A DNA stretch of 64,000 nucleotides from Candidatus Falkowbacteria bacterium (GCA_018674305.1 JABHAL010000004.1:64446-128445); one strand, 5' to 3'. Positions 20,229 through 31,275 are shown, counted from the stretch's first letter. Program-made: numbers and translations. Notes: generated by a model not told the origin, from the letters alone.

Positions 20229-20783
20229 TTAATATTGAACTACTTCGATTTTAATTAATCTTTTACCAAAGGTAATTGCTGTGTTACGATCTTTTTTCCA
20301 TAAATCAACTCGATAATCATATCGTTTATTCATTCGATCCTCAACAGTAAAAATTCTAGTTCCATATAGTTCGGGAATCCTTACCTTCGCACCGAGAGGT
20401 AAAAAGTTAGCAGCGAGGATATCCTCTTTCCCGTGCTTACATACGTTAAAGCCACTCGCCGTAATACACGGAGTTGAATCGGTTTGATCAACCGTACTTG
20501 AATACGCAGTGGCAATAACTGTAGCCACCCGAAGAGGGTCTCTGTATTTAAGGTGTTTTTGACTATTTTCATATGCAATAAACTTTTTACTTAATAGATC
20601 TAATGGTTTAGCACTTTTGATTTCCACAGAAGAACCAGTCCCTGTTGAAACCACAATTGACTCCGCCTTGGCTGCTTGCGGAATGGTCATATTGATCAAA
20701 AAAGCAACTAATATAACTGCAAAACCCACTCTAACTGAGTTTGGCAATGGACCAGACTGTTCACGTAATAATTCTAGCGTCAT
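20229..20783 (-). CDS. 3D-domain cell-wall hydrolase-like protein (start uncertain)
   Basis: ATAYSSTVDQTDSTPCITASG, LAANFLPLG, VEDR, RVDLW motifs; N-terminal TM helix. Confidence 0.85.
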   Translation of the reverse strand: MTLELLREQSGPLPNSVRVGFAVILVAFLINMTIPQAAKAESIVVSTGTGSSVEIKSAKPLDLLSKKFIAYENSQKHLKYRDPLRVATVIATAYSSTVDQTDSTPCITASGFNVCKHGKEDILAANFLPLGAKVRIPELYGTRIFTVEDRMNKRYDYRVDLWKKDRNTAITFGKRLIKIEVVQY

Positions 20784-21155
20784 ATATATTATATAGGAAT
20801 TATCCATTATGTGGCTAAATTTAGTTAAACCACGTAGGCGTTCACTAAATTTAGATAAAATTTCCTCATAAGGATAACTCAATTGATTTGTGTAAATTAT
20901 TCCATAATATCACAATTTCAATACTTTGTCAATAGGTGAATTATCCTCTGGAATAAATCCCGTGGCAATATATTAGCACACAACAAATAACTATTCAAGG
21001 AGATTGTCCACCACGATGTTGACAAAGACAGATTTTCACGCTATCATAGGATCAATCGTCATTGTGCTCGCTAATTAATATAACATGAAGCATGTAACAT
21101 ATAGCACTCCCAATGAGTTGCTACATGAGACAGGACTCATGATTCACGATAAATT

Positions 21156-21689
21156 ATGTTGTCAATTAGATTTTCACGTACAGGGAAAAAAAATTATCCG
21201 TCTTTTCGAATTATAGTTTTGGATAAACGTAAAGATCCATGGGGAGACTTTTTAGAAAACCTAGGTAACTACGACCCTAGGACAAAAAAATTAAATATAA
21301 AAGCTGACCGAGTTAAGTATTGGATTGAGAAAGGTGCCCAACCTTCAAGTACTGTACACAATCTCTTAGTCTCTCAAGATATTATTCAAGAAAAAAAAGT
21401 CCGCGTTTCTAGGTTAAGTAAAAAGAGAACGGCCAAACTTGCTGATAAACAAAAAGAAAAAGCCGCAAAAGAAACTGCAACCGACGTGTCCACCGAAACG
21501 GTAGCGAAGGAGGAAGCTCCTAAAGAAGAGGTTAAAACTGAAGAAGCTCCAACCGACGTGTCCACCGAAGCGGTAGCGAAGGAGGAGGCGCCTAAAGAAG
21601 CAGCTAAAACCGAAGCAGTAGAGAAGGATGAAGATCCCAAAGAAGAAACTAAAGTTAAAGAAGTCACTGAAAATAAAAAAGCTGAATAA
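21156..21689 (+). CDS. rpsP: 30S ribosomal protein S16 with acidic repeat tail
   Basis: MLSIRFSRTGKK..P.FRI..GNYDP..YWIEKGAQPS. Confidence 0.96.
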   Translation: MLSIRFSRTGKKNYPSFRIIVLDKRKDPWGDFLENLGNYDPRTKKLNIKADRVKYWIEKGAQPSSTVHNLLVSQDIIQEKKVRVSRLSKKRTAKLADKQKEKAAKETATDVSTETVAKEEAPKEEVKTEEAPTDVSTEAVAKEEAPKEAAKTEAVEKDEDPKEETKVKEVTENKKAE

Positions 21690-21976
21690 CAAAAAAAAAT
21701 CTGTCTCAATCATCTCGAAAGACAGATTTTTGTTTACAGTAATAACATAACATTACAAATAATCGACCCTCAATGCTTCACCACAACGGACGCCAGTCGA
21801 GATGGAACAATGGTTGACTGGAATGAATAATAATCATCCACAGAACCTGGATATAGCTTTATTAAAAACTTGACAAACCAAAAATTATTTGCTATAATAC
21901 ATGCATAATCAATTCAAATATAATCAATTTAATTGTATCTGAATCGATTAGTTGTATGAATTAATAAGTAACGAAA

Positions 21977-22333
21977 ATGAATCTTATGGCAAAGGAATTT
22001 GACCTGGAATTCTTAGAATTCATAGTTAAGTCAATCGTAGGTTTCCCTGACGACGTTAAGGCTAGCCGTGATATTGACGAAAGAGGTGTCCTATTAACCC
22101 TAGACATTAACCCAGCTGATATGGGATATGTGATTGGAAAGCAAGGACAAACAGCTAAGGCAATCCGAACTTTATTGAAGATTGTCGGTGCAAAAAACAA
22201 TGCACGAGTTAACTTGAAAATCAATGAACCAGAAGGTTCAACAAGAGGTCCAAGACGCGAAGAAAGAGTTGACACAAAAGCTCCTGAAACAGAGGTTGTT
22301 GACACTGACGTTGTAGATGATCTAAAGATCTAA
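21977..22333 (+). CDS. khpA: KH-domain RNA-binding protein KhpA/YlqC
   Basis: DMGYVIGKQGQTAKAIRTLL; position after rpsP. Confidence 0.9.
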   Translation: MNLMAKEFDLEFLEFIVKSIVGFPDDVKASRDIDERGVLLTLDINPADMGYVIGKQGQTAKAIRTLLKIVGAKNNARVNLKINEPEGSTRGPRREERVDTKAPETEVVDTDVVDDLKI

Positions 22334-22394
22334 ACTTTACCATTTTACAATAAGAAAAAAGCCACAACTATTGAAGTTCGTGGCTTTTTTTTGA

Positions 22395-22766
22395 TCAAAT
22401 CTCCTGGCCAATCACCAGATTCTGAAAATGATTCATTGCTGACATAATCAAAACACTTAAGTTGTCATTGTGCTGGCCCTCTATCTTTGAACTACAGGAA
22501 TTGACTACCATTTCCGTACGATTAATCAAAGCGTTAGCTTCGCTAATAAAGCCCATAACCTTTTTATCTTCAAGGATAACCCTCACTAACAGGTCATGCA
22601 TTTCCTCGTCACTTGAATGACAATCGAGAAAAAACTCTTTTTCTCCCCGCTCTACAGCTCGAAGCCAATCCAACAAATTCGGCCAATTCTCCTCATCATC
22701 AAGCTGTAAATATTCAATCATGAACTCCCTCAACACTACTCTTTCTCTATCCGAGAGCTGTAACAT
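22395..22766 (-). CDS. Hypothetical protein
   Basis: GGAGGG SD, TTGACA promoter ~22800-22825, convergent terminator. Confidence 0.7.
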   Translation of the reverse strand: MLQLSDRERVVLREFMIEYLQLDDEENWPNLLDWLRAVERGEKEFFLDCHSSDEEMHDLLVRVILEDKKVMGFISEANALINRTEMVVNSCSSKIEGQHNDNLSVLIMSAMNHFQNLVIGQEI

Positions 22767-22910
22767 AATTTCCCTCCACTATTAATACAACAAACTACTA
22801 TAGCTTTACTTTAATGGTTTGTCAAGATACACTAGAATAAATTGCTATATTGTTATATTGCTAAATTGTTTAAACAATTTAACAGTTTGACAATGTAACC
22901 ATATAACTAT

Positions 22911-23612
22911 ATGAAATTCAACATAATGACAATTTTTCCAGACATACTTGACTCTTATTTCGACAAGGGTATGATTCGCATTGCTCAAGAAAAAAAACTA
23001 ATCAAGATTAAAAACATTAACTTGCGTGATTTTGCTGTTGACAATCGTGGCACAGTTGACGACAGGCCCTACGGCGGTGGACCAGGACAAGTAATCATGG
23101 TTGAACCCGTTTACAAGGCGCTGCGCGCCTTGAAGATCAAAGGTCAAAAGTCAAAGAGAAAAAATACAAAATCAAAGATTGTTTTATTATCCGCGAAAGG
23201 GAAAACCTGGAATCAACAAATGGCCAAACGATTTTCCAAACTGGATGAAATCACTTTTGTTTGTCCAAGATATGAAGGTCATGATGAAAGAATTAAAAAA
23301 TTTGTAGACGAAGAAATCGCAATTGGTGATTATGTTTTAACCGGTGGTGAACTTGGTGCAGCCGTTATAATTGATTCCGTAACAAGACTTCTACCAGGAG
23401 TTTTGGGTAAACAAGAATCTCTTGATGAAGAATCACATTCAAAACCGGGATACAAAGAATATCCGCAATATACCAGACCTGAAACCTTCTCCTACAAAAG
23501 AAGAGACGCGATTAATCGCGTCTCAACACATAAGCTAAAGGTCCCGAAGGTCCTACTCTCCGGTCATCATAAAAATATCCAAGAATGGCGGCAAAAAAAA
23601 AGTAAGTCTTGA
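22911..23612 (+). CDS. trmD: tRNA (guanine-N1)-methyltransferase
   Basis: VDDRPYGGGPG, RYEGHDER, IGDYVLTGGE, EYPQYTRP, VPKVLLSG. Confidence 0.97.
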   Translation: MKFNIMTIFPDILDSYFDKGMIRIAQEKKLIKIKNINLRDFAVDNRGTVDDRPYGGGPGQVIMVEPVYKALRALKIKGQKSKRKNTKSKIVLLSAKGKTWNQQMAKRFSKLDEITFVCPRYEGHDERIKKFVDEEIAIGDYVLTGGELGAAVIIDSVTRLLPGVLGKQESLDEESHSKPGYKEYPQYTRPETFSYKRRDAINRVSTHKLKVPKVLLSGHHKNIQEWRQKKSKS

Positions 23613-23683
23613 CAATTGTTTAGAAATATATTATTCTAATATGATCCGTGAGTTTTTTGAAACATCCCATTTAGGAGAATACA

Positions 23684-24154
23684 ATGGAAAAGTCACAAAG
23701 ATTTCAGCGAGGAGAGCAGTTGATCCCAACTATCAAAACCCAAATTGCAGCTCTTCACCGTCAGAAAGAGGCTGCTCTACATGATGGAGAAAAGCAAAAC
23801 CTGAGGGACGAGATTTCCCGTCTGACAAAGGATCTGGCTGAACTAGAAGCTGGCGTCCAATTACTCCGAGAACGACAAGGATTGGTAGAAATTTTTATCA
23901 CAACCAGGGAATTAGCCAAGGGTGACACCACCATTAAAGTGACGATCCCAAATGGAGACACTCCTAAAACTGTGGTCTTTGAAGATACCGGCTCTGTATT
24001 GCTCAAAGATGCTAACGGCGACACATTAGAAGTCATCGTTCAAAGTAATGAAGACGTTCCCCTATCAGGACCAAAAATGGAAATGGTCTTGGCTGGTATT
24101 CAAAATTGGGAACACGTGGAAGTTAGTATTATTGAGAAAGAGCAAGAGGAATAA
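23684..24154 (+). CDS. Hypothetical coiled-coil protein (paralog of next gene)
   Basis: Own promoter and AGGAG SD; C-terminal domain alignable to 24157..24672. Confidence 0.75.
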   Translation: MEKSQRFQRGEQLIPTIKTQIAALHRQKEAALHDGEKQNLRDEISRLTKDLAELEAGVQLLRERQGLVEIFITTRELAKGDTTIKVTIPNGDTPKTVVFEDTGSVLLKDANGDTLEVIVQSNEDVPLSGPKMEMVLAGIQNWEHVEVSIIEKEQEE

Positions 24155-24156
24155 TC

Positions 24157-24672
24157 ATGACGACTCGCAAGATTCAAAGAGCCAGGGATGTTATTGACCT
24201 GCTAAAAGCACATATGCTTCAGGCTAACCAACCAGAAAGAGATGCTGAAACACAAGCGTTCATTGAAAAACTGGAACGACAAATCAAAGAGCTCGAAGAA
24301 GTTGCAGGCAGGACTATTCAACTCTCCAGCGACAATGAGGCTTTGACTCGTGATCTTGAAAAACTCACAGCCCAAGTAGATGAATCTACTATTCATCTAC
24401 AAATATGGGAGAACACGGCTGAAGCCACAGAGGAGATTCTCGCTATCCGTGCACTGGCCAGAGAAGAAGTGACCATTAAACTACTTTCCAAAAATCAGGT
24501 CACTATGATCTTTCATAAGGACGGTTCAATTGACTTGTGGGACCACCAAGAAGGTGACCTCTTCAAATGGTTACAGCCAAATGATCATATCAAAATCGGG
24601 GATGCCCGCCTGATCCAGGCCGCAGACACTGTTTGTGACTGGGAAACAGTTGACTTCGTTCATGACGAATAA
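24157..24672 (+). CDS. Hypothetical coiled-coil protein (paralog of previous gene)
   Basis: GAGG SD, coupled start, terminator aacagccc..gggctgtt. Confidence 0.75.
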   Translation: MTTRKIQRARDVIDLLKAHMLQANQPERDAETQAFIEKLERQIKELEEVAGRTIQLSSDNEALTRDLEKLTAQVDESTIHLQIWENTAEATEEILAIRALAREEVTIKLLSKNQVTMIFHKDGSIDLWDHQEGDLFKWLQPNDHIKIGDARLIQAADTVCDWETVDFVHDE

Positions 24673-24778
24673 CTCTTAATATAGCAACAACAGCCCCTCA
24701 CCGGGCTGTTTTTTATTCTTCTAAATTTACTCAAGAATGCTCTTAATAATACTTCCCTATTCTGGCCACACAATTTGC

Positions 24779-24807
24779 TTGACATATTTTTAAAAATGCC
24801 TTATACT
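24779..24807 (+). promoter_or_regulatory. 16S rRNA promoter
   Basis: TTGACA-N17-TATACT. Confidence 0.75.
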
Positions 24808-24844
24808 AATCATCACAAGAGAACATTACAACTGAATATCCACC

Positions 24845-24904
24845 AAAGGGTCTGTTCCCGAATGTAATTTCATGATTGAAGTTGCCTACGGCAATGGACC
24901 CTTT
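24845..24904 (+). repeat. Short copy of the leader hairpin family
   Basis: aaaGGGTCTGTTCCCGAATG...GGACCCttt hairpin; 16/17 identity to 722-738. Confidence 0.65.
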
Positions 24905-25032
24905 ATACATGCGAGATCTCTAATAACAATATTTATTTTTTTAACAGTAGCTAAGTGATAGGAAACTCTTCATAAATTTATGGCATGGTCCAGAACCTGC
25001 TGGTTTTACCACAGGTGCCTTTAACTGGATTT

Positions 25033-26524
<1,492 letters not shown>

Positions 26525-26638
26525 CTAGGGAGATTTTGATAAGGTAGGTTTACTTACTTTATCCACTCCGGTCGGACTACTTAGCGTTTTTAACGCGGTA
26601 GCATATTGTTTCCTATCACCTAAATACTGTTAAACAAT

Positions 26639-26666
26639 TAATTAGACTTCATAGTCTAATTTTTTG
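26639..26666 (+). terminator. Intrinsic terminator after 16S
   Basis: aattagact-tcat-agtctaatt followed by T-run. Confidence 0.65.
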
Positions 26667-26720
26667 TTTTTAAAATAAAAAAAGGGGGCACTTAAATGTT
26701 AAGTGTCCCCTGTGGTTTTA

Positions 26721-28166
26721 CTATTCAGCGTTTTTGATCATTGCCTTGACCAACTTGAAAACTTTCAATTTCAGCTGATACATATGTCTTACCTGATGAG
26801 GCAACCCTAGTTCTTCACGCATTTCCGTAGTCAGTTCAGAACTTTTAAGTTGCTTTCTCTTTCTATAAAGGTGACTAAGTGCTGACGTGACATCATTCTT
26901 TTTTGTCAAAGGGAGAACGATGGCAATGTAGTCAACCATCTGAAGAGAAGAAAAACGCTCTCTTCCAAACTTCAGAAATACACAGACCATGACTCTATCC
27001 AGTAGAGTCAAATTCTTGAACCATGGTGAACTGATAATTTTTTCTGGATCAGGTGATGGTTGCTTCTTGCGTCCTGGTTTTTTCGCTGGTTGCTTGCCTT
27101 TTTTGGGTTTACTTGCTGCAGCGGTTGGCTTCGATGAAGCAACGGATTTTGGTCTGCCAACTGAATCTTCAAGTTTTACAGATTCCAATTTAGGAGCCTG
27201 TAAACTCAAGTCCGCAATAACTGCTTCGTACTTTTCCAACAATGCATTGTCCTGTCCAGGTTTGATTCCCCCTGCTTCTTGTTCTGCCTTTTCAAGTTCA
27301 GCTTTGGCCTGAACAAGCTCAGCAGAATCAGGAATATCACCAGAGTTAATCACAGCAATCATGGCTTGTTGAGCTTCCACAAACTTTTCTAGACAGTCCG
27401 CTAAAGTGGTCTGTTTTTGCAAAAACTCTTTTTCCAAATCAGCTCGCCTGGAAGTCAAGAAATCAAACACTAAGACCTGTAAACGCTCCGGCGAGCCGGC
27501 AACCTTTACTCCATCAAGTGATTGAGCCCATTCTTCTTCCTGACCATCAGACACAAAAGTATGTTTCAGGAATTGAGAACAAGCTATAAGCCAATAATTG
27601 ACCTTTTTCGCGGCCAACCTTTCATCTGGGTCAAGTTCAAGTCGAATAATTACGCCTGCTCGTGTCAATCTCCAACGCAATCGATTACAATCATCATCTG
27701 TTGTGAGGATGCCAAGAATTGCTTTGGCAGTTGGAGGAAAACTATCAAATACAGATACCCCCCGCGTCAAGCCATCAAGCAATCGAGACATTGTACCACT
27801 GATAGACCTTGCTGTTCGACTTTCAATATCGACCAACATAATTTCTTCTTGTTTGATCAGCAGTTCCAAAATCCCAAACTGCGGGCAATCTTTGTGGTCT
27901 GCAACTTTCTTGATCATACCAGCTTGTTTCAGACGAGCAATAATTGTACCAAGAAACTTTTCAGCCTCAATTCCTTCTATCTCGGCAAACTCGCAAAACT
28001 CATGGAAAAATTTGGTATAATGACCATTACCCAGTCCAATGCGGAGACACTTCTTTGGTTCACCCGTAGGATTAGTTTTGACTTCAACCTCACTGGCTCG
28101 GGCCAACAAGTTCTCAACTACGCACCTTTCAGGCATGGTTACGTAAAGAAGCAATTTCTTTTGCAT
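26721..28166 (-). CDS. Hypothetical protein: coiled coil, Lys/Pro linker, probable C-terminal winged helix
   Basis: Long ORF; GGAGG SD before MQKK; own promoter and terminator. Confidence 0.7.
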   Translation of the reverse strand: MQKKLLLYVTMPERCVVENLLARASEVEVKTNPTGEPKKCLRIGLGNGHYTKFFHEFCEFAEIEGIEAEKFLGTIIARLKQAGMIKKVADHKDCPQFGILELLIKQEEIMLVDIESRTARSISGTMSRLLDGLTRGVSVFDSFPPTAKAILGILTTDDDCNRLRWRLTRAGVIIRLELDPDERLAAKKVNYWLIACSQFLKHTFVSDGQEEEWAQSLDGVKVAGSPERLQVLVFDFLTSRRADLEKEFLQKQTTLADCLEKFVEAQQAMIAVINSGDIPDSAELVQAKAELEKAEQEAGGIKPGQDNALLEKYEAVIADLSLQAPKLESVKLEDSVGRPKSVASSKPTAAASKPKKGKQPAKKPGRKKQPSPDPEKIISSPWFKNLTLLDRVMVCVFLKFGRERFSSLQMVDYIAIVLPLTKKNDVTSALSHLYRKRKQLKSSELTTEMREELGLPHQVRHMYQLKLKVFKLVKAMIKNAE

Positions 28167-28293
28167 TTGGAGCCTCCATCCTTTTTGTATTATTAACGTA
28201 CACTTCGACAACATATTACATTAGCGCATTTACATGATTTTGTCAAGTATTGAATAAATTTACACAAAAACATAAACAATCCTTGTCAATCAC

Positions 28294-28320
28294 TGAAATA
28301 AGCTATATATTGAATGCGTA
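28294..28320 (+). promoter_or_regulatory. ECF sigma promoter (autoregulatory)
   Basis: TGAAAT-N17-CGTA; same motif and spacing at 29631-29657. Confidence 0.7.
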
Positions 28321-28329
28321 CTATACTAT

Positions 28330-28905
28330 ATGACGAAGACTAACCAAAATAGTTTCGCTTCCGACCAAGAATTGGTCAAATTAACGCTAAAAAACTCAGA
28401 CCATTTTGCCCAGGTCATTAATAAATACCAGCCACAACTTTTTTATTACATAAAGAGAATCTCTAATGTACCAAATGAAGATATCGAAGATCACTTACAA
28501 GAAATCTTCCTAAAAATTTATCGAAACCTAAATAATTATAATCAAAACCTTAAATTTTCTTCCTGGCTGTACCGCATTGCCAGGAATCACGTTATTAGTC
28601 ATCATCGAAAACTAAAAGCCCGTCCCCAAAGAATTTCTACGGACTGGGAAATTAATGAACAAATTTTAAATAATATTGCTTCCGACTTTGAACTAGACGT
28701 CTCCTTTGACAATCAATTGATAACTAACCAAATTAAATTAACCTTAAACAAACTGGATATCAAATATAAAGAAGTAATTGTTTATAGATTTTTTGAAGAT
28801 AAATCCTATGAAGAAATTGCCGATATTCTCAAAAAACCAATTGGAACAATCGGAACACTTTTAAATCGTGCCAAAAAACAATTCCATAAACATCATAAAG
28901 AATAA
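28330..28905 (+). CDS. ECF RNA polymerase sigma factor (SigW/RpoE-like)
   Basis: Region 2 (EDHLQEIFLKIY..FSSWLYRIARN) and region 4 (SYEEIADILKKPIGTIGTLLNRAK). Confidence 0.92.
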   Translation: MTKTNQNSFASDQELVKLTLKNSDHFAQVINKYQPQLFYYIKRISNVPNEDIEDHLQEIFLKIYRNLNNYNQNLKFSSWLYRIARNHVISHHRKLKARPQRISTDWEINEQILNNIASDFELDVSFDNQLITNQIKLTLNKLDIKYKEVIVYRFFEDKSYEEIADILKKPIGTIGTLLNRAKKQFHKHHKE

Positions 28906-28909
28906 TTCT

Positions 28910-29638
28910 ATGACTAAAAAACTAGCGTTAAAAATTTTAGAAAAAATTAAACAACACTACATAAAACCTAAACCTAAGTGGCATTTTTGGATTAAGGAAA
29001 TCATACTTTGGTTTTTGTTTGGAGTTTCAATTGTAATTGGCAGCCTAGCTTTCACTTTGATCATTCATCTACTCAAGAATGACATTTTACCAATGAGAAA
29101 ATTCTTGCACGCAAACGAATATTTTTTATATTTCCCCTTTTTCTGGTTATTGATACTGGTTGTTTTCATAGCTTTGGCTTATTATCATTGGCAAAAAACT
29201 GAAAAAGGTTACAAATACAAACCTTTAATAATTCTTGGAGTCAGCATACTTACAAGTTTACTAATCAGTTGCATCTTGCTCAACCTTAACCTAGGTCGGC
29301 CACTAACTAAACAAGCAAATCAACTCCCCGGGTATAGTAAACTGGGAAAAATGCGTGGCCAACATTGGTTAAAACAAAACCCCAACCGTTTAGCTGGTCA
29401 AGTTTTAAGTGAAATTGAAAATAATCAATTTCTATTGCTTGATGCCAGTGAAATTGAATGGACAATTTTAACTGATGAAAACACCTACCCTGAAGATTTG
29501 AGTTTTATTTTGCCAAATGAAAAACTTCGCCTATTCGGAGAAAAAGAAACTGATGACACCTTCCAGGCAATCAAAATATTACCTTGGGACTTTCCTATTA
29601 ATAAAAAACTTAATGCTGGCCTTAAAAAAATGAAATAA
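28910..29638 (+). CDS. Membrane protein, candidate anti-sigma factor
   Basis: Directly after ECF sigma; three TM helices plus extracellular domain. Confidence 0.7.
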   Translation: MTKKLALKILEKIKQHYIKPKPKWHFWIKEIILWFLFGVSIVIGSLAFTLIIHLLKNDILPMRKFLHANEYFLYFPFFWLLILVVFIALAYYHWQKTEKGYKYKPLIILGVSILTSLLISCILLNLNLGRPLTKQANQLPGYSKLGKMRGQHWLKQNPNRLAGQVLSEIENNQFLLLDASEIEWTILTDENTYPEDLSFILPNEKLRLFGEKETDDTFQAIKILPWDFPINKKLNAGLKKMK

Positions 29639-29657
29639 AACGCTCACCGTTTGCGTA
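29631..29657 (+). promoter_or_regulatory. Second ECF promoter
   Basis: TGAAAT-N17-CGTA upstream of 29708. Confidence 0.65.
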
Positions 29658-29707
29658 TTAGTTAACAGAAAGGCCTTTTACTTAACAATTAAATTATTAA
29701 TCAATCT

Positions 29708-30121
29708 ATGAACAAAAAATACTACATTGCAATTGCAGTTCTTGCCTTGATGATAACTACTGTTGGTGTTTCAGCTTTTGCTTCAGCTGGTGAATTAAAG
29801 TCTAGAGGTAACAAGCAAATGTCTCCTGAGATGAAAGAAAACAGGCAAGAAATGAAAACTATTTTCGAAAATAAAGACTATGCTGGCTGGGAAGCTTTAA
29901 TGCAAGAAAAGGCTACCAGAATGCAGGAAAATCTGGAGACCTTCAAGGCTACCATCACTGAAGATCACTTTAATTCAATGGCTAGACTTCATGAACTAAA
30001 GGCTAGTGGTGACATGGAAGCTGCCAAAGCTTTAGCCGAAGAGCTAGGTTTGATGAAATTCAAACACAAAAAAGGTAAATTCTGCAAGGGTGGTCATAAC
30101 TCAGCTTTGTCAGAACAATAA
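29708..30121 (+). CDS. Secreted helical hypothetical protein
   Basis: Signal peptide ending AFASA; Met/Glu/Lys-rich. Confidence 0.8.
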   Translation: MNKKYYIAIAVLALMITTVGVSAFASAGELKSRGNKQMSPEMKENRQEMKTIFENKDYAGWEALMQEKATRMQENLETFKATITEDHFNSMARLHELKASGDMEAAKALAEELGLMKFKHKKGKFCKGGHNSALSEQ

Positions 30122-30218
30122 AAACACTTATTAAAAAAGATTCAACTTACGTTGAATCTTTTTTATATGAAAGCTAAAGGCCCCAGTTTAAAACTGTGGG
30201 CCTTTTTAGTAGAATTAT

Positions 30219-30863
30219 TTATTCTTCTCGTTCTGACAAAAGCTGTCGGATTGCTGCAACTAGTAGAGTAATACCGCCATCATTTTTTCCGCCACGTGGG
30301 ATGATTAAATGAGCATGCATTTTCGTTGGCTCAAAATGAGCAAGATACATATCGCGTACAACTTCCCATTGTTCAATTACCGAATCATGTGTTCGACCTC
30401 TCCCTCCTTCAGTTTCAGGAGCAGTATCCCTTCTCAGGCGACGGCTTAAACATGTATCCATTGGCGCATCTACAAAAATAGAATAGTCAGCCATCTCTCG
30501 AAACTTTTTACCCCAGAGAACCATGATCCCTTCTACAATAATAATTTTCTTTGGTGAAACAGGTGTAGCCTTTCCAGGTATTCTGGTGTGAGTGACGAAA
30601 TCATAGAATGGCAATTTTGTCTTGTTGCCTTCTTGTAAATTCCGAACAACATAATAAAGCTCTTCCCAATCAATTGCGTCCGGATGATCAAAATTGATTT
30701 CAACACGTTTGGCCACCGGGATTGATGACTGGTTTAGATAAAACATATCAAGAGGAACAAGTGTGCAAATGTCCTCACCCAACTGCGCCATCATTTCTCG
30801 TACAACTGTTGATTTTCCTGAACCGCTTGAGCCGGCAACCAGAATCAATAGGGTTTGTTTCAT
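30219..30863 (-). CDS. udk: Uridine kinase
   Basis: AGSSGSGKST, NFDHPDAID, YDFVTHTR, IIVEGI, RRLRRD..RGR, IIPRGG. Confidence 0.93.
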   Translation of the reverse strand: MKQTLLILVAGSSGSGKSTVVREMMAQLGEDICTLVPLDMFYLNQSSIPVAKRVEINFDHPDAIDWEELYYVVRNLQEGNKTKLPFYDFVTHTRIPGKATPVSPKKIIIVEGIMVLWGKKFREMADYSIFVDAPMDTCLSRRLRRDTAPETEGGRGRTHDSVIEQWEVVRDMYLAHFEPTKMHAHLIIPRGGKNDGGITLLVAAIRQLLSEREE

Positions 30864-31198
30864 TGTTAATAACCTCCGTATATGGTTAGTATTATAGTGT
30901 GAATGAACTATTGATGTTATATTATACCTATTTTCTAAAATCAGTCAAGCTGGAGAATAAGTCTACATTGATTTATTTAACAAAAAACATCTTGTAAAGA
31001 TGTGCTTATGTGTAATATTTCTTCTGCTAATGTTTTATGAAGCTCCTTAGTAATGGGCATTTGAACTTGTTTTTTCGTGTAAAATGATATATTATATTTT
31101 TGTTTATAAAGGACTTGATTAAATCATTTTTATTTGCTACAATAATGACACGATTTAACGATAATTTAGTTCTATAATTGAACATATATCATTTTTAT

Positions 31199-31275
31199 GG
31201 GTGGCTAGCTCAGTTGGTTAGAGCACTTCGTTTACACCGAAGGGGTCAGAGGTTCGAATCCTCTGCCACCCACCA
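31199..31275 (+). tRNA. tRNA-Val(TAC)
   Basis: Cloverleaf, anticodon arm CTTCG-TTTACAC-CGAAG, CCA. Confidence 0.97.

Noticed and set aside
21725-21860. Coding-like GC patch between rpsP and khpA
   Set aside because: No ORF with start and SD; at most an unassignable remnant
27522-28196. 224-aa plus-strand ORF and similar antisense ORFs (7431..7901, 32527..32997, 55265..55678)
   Set aside because: Shadows of better-supported genes on the opposite strand
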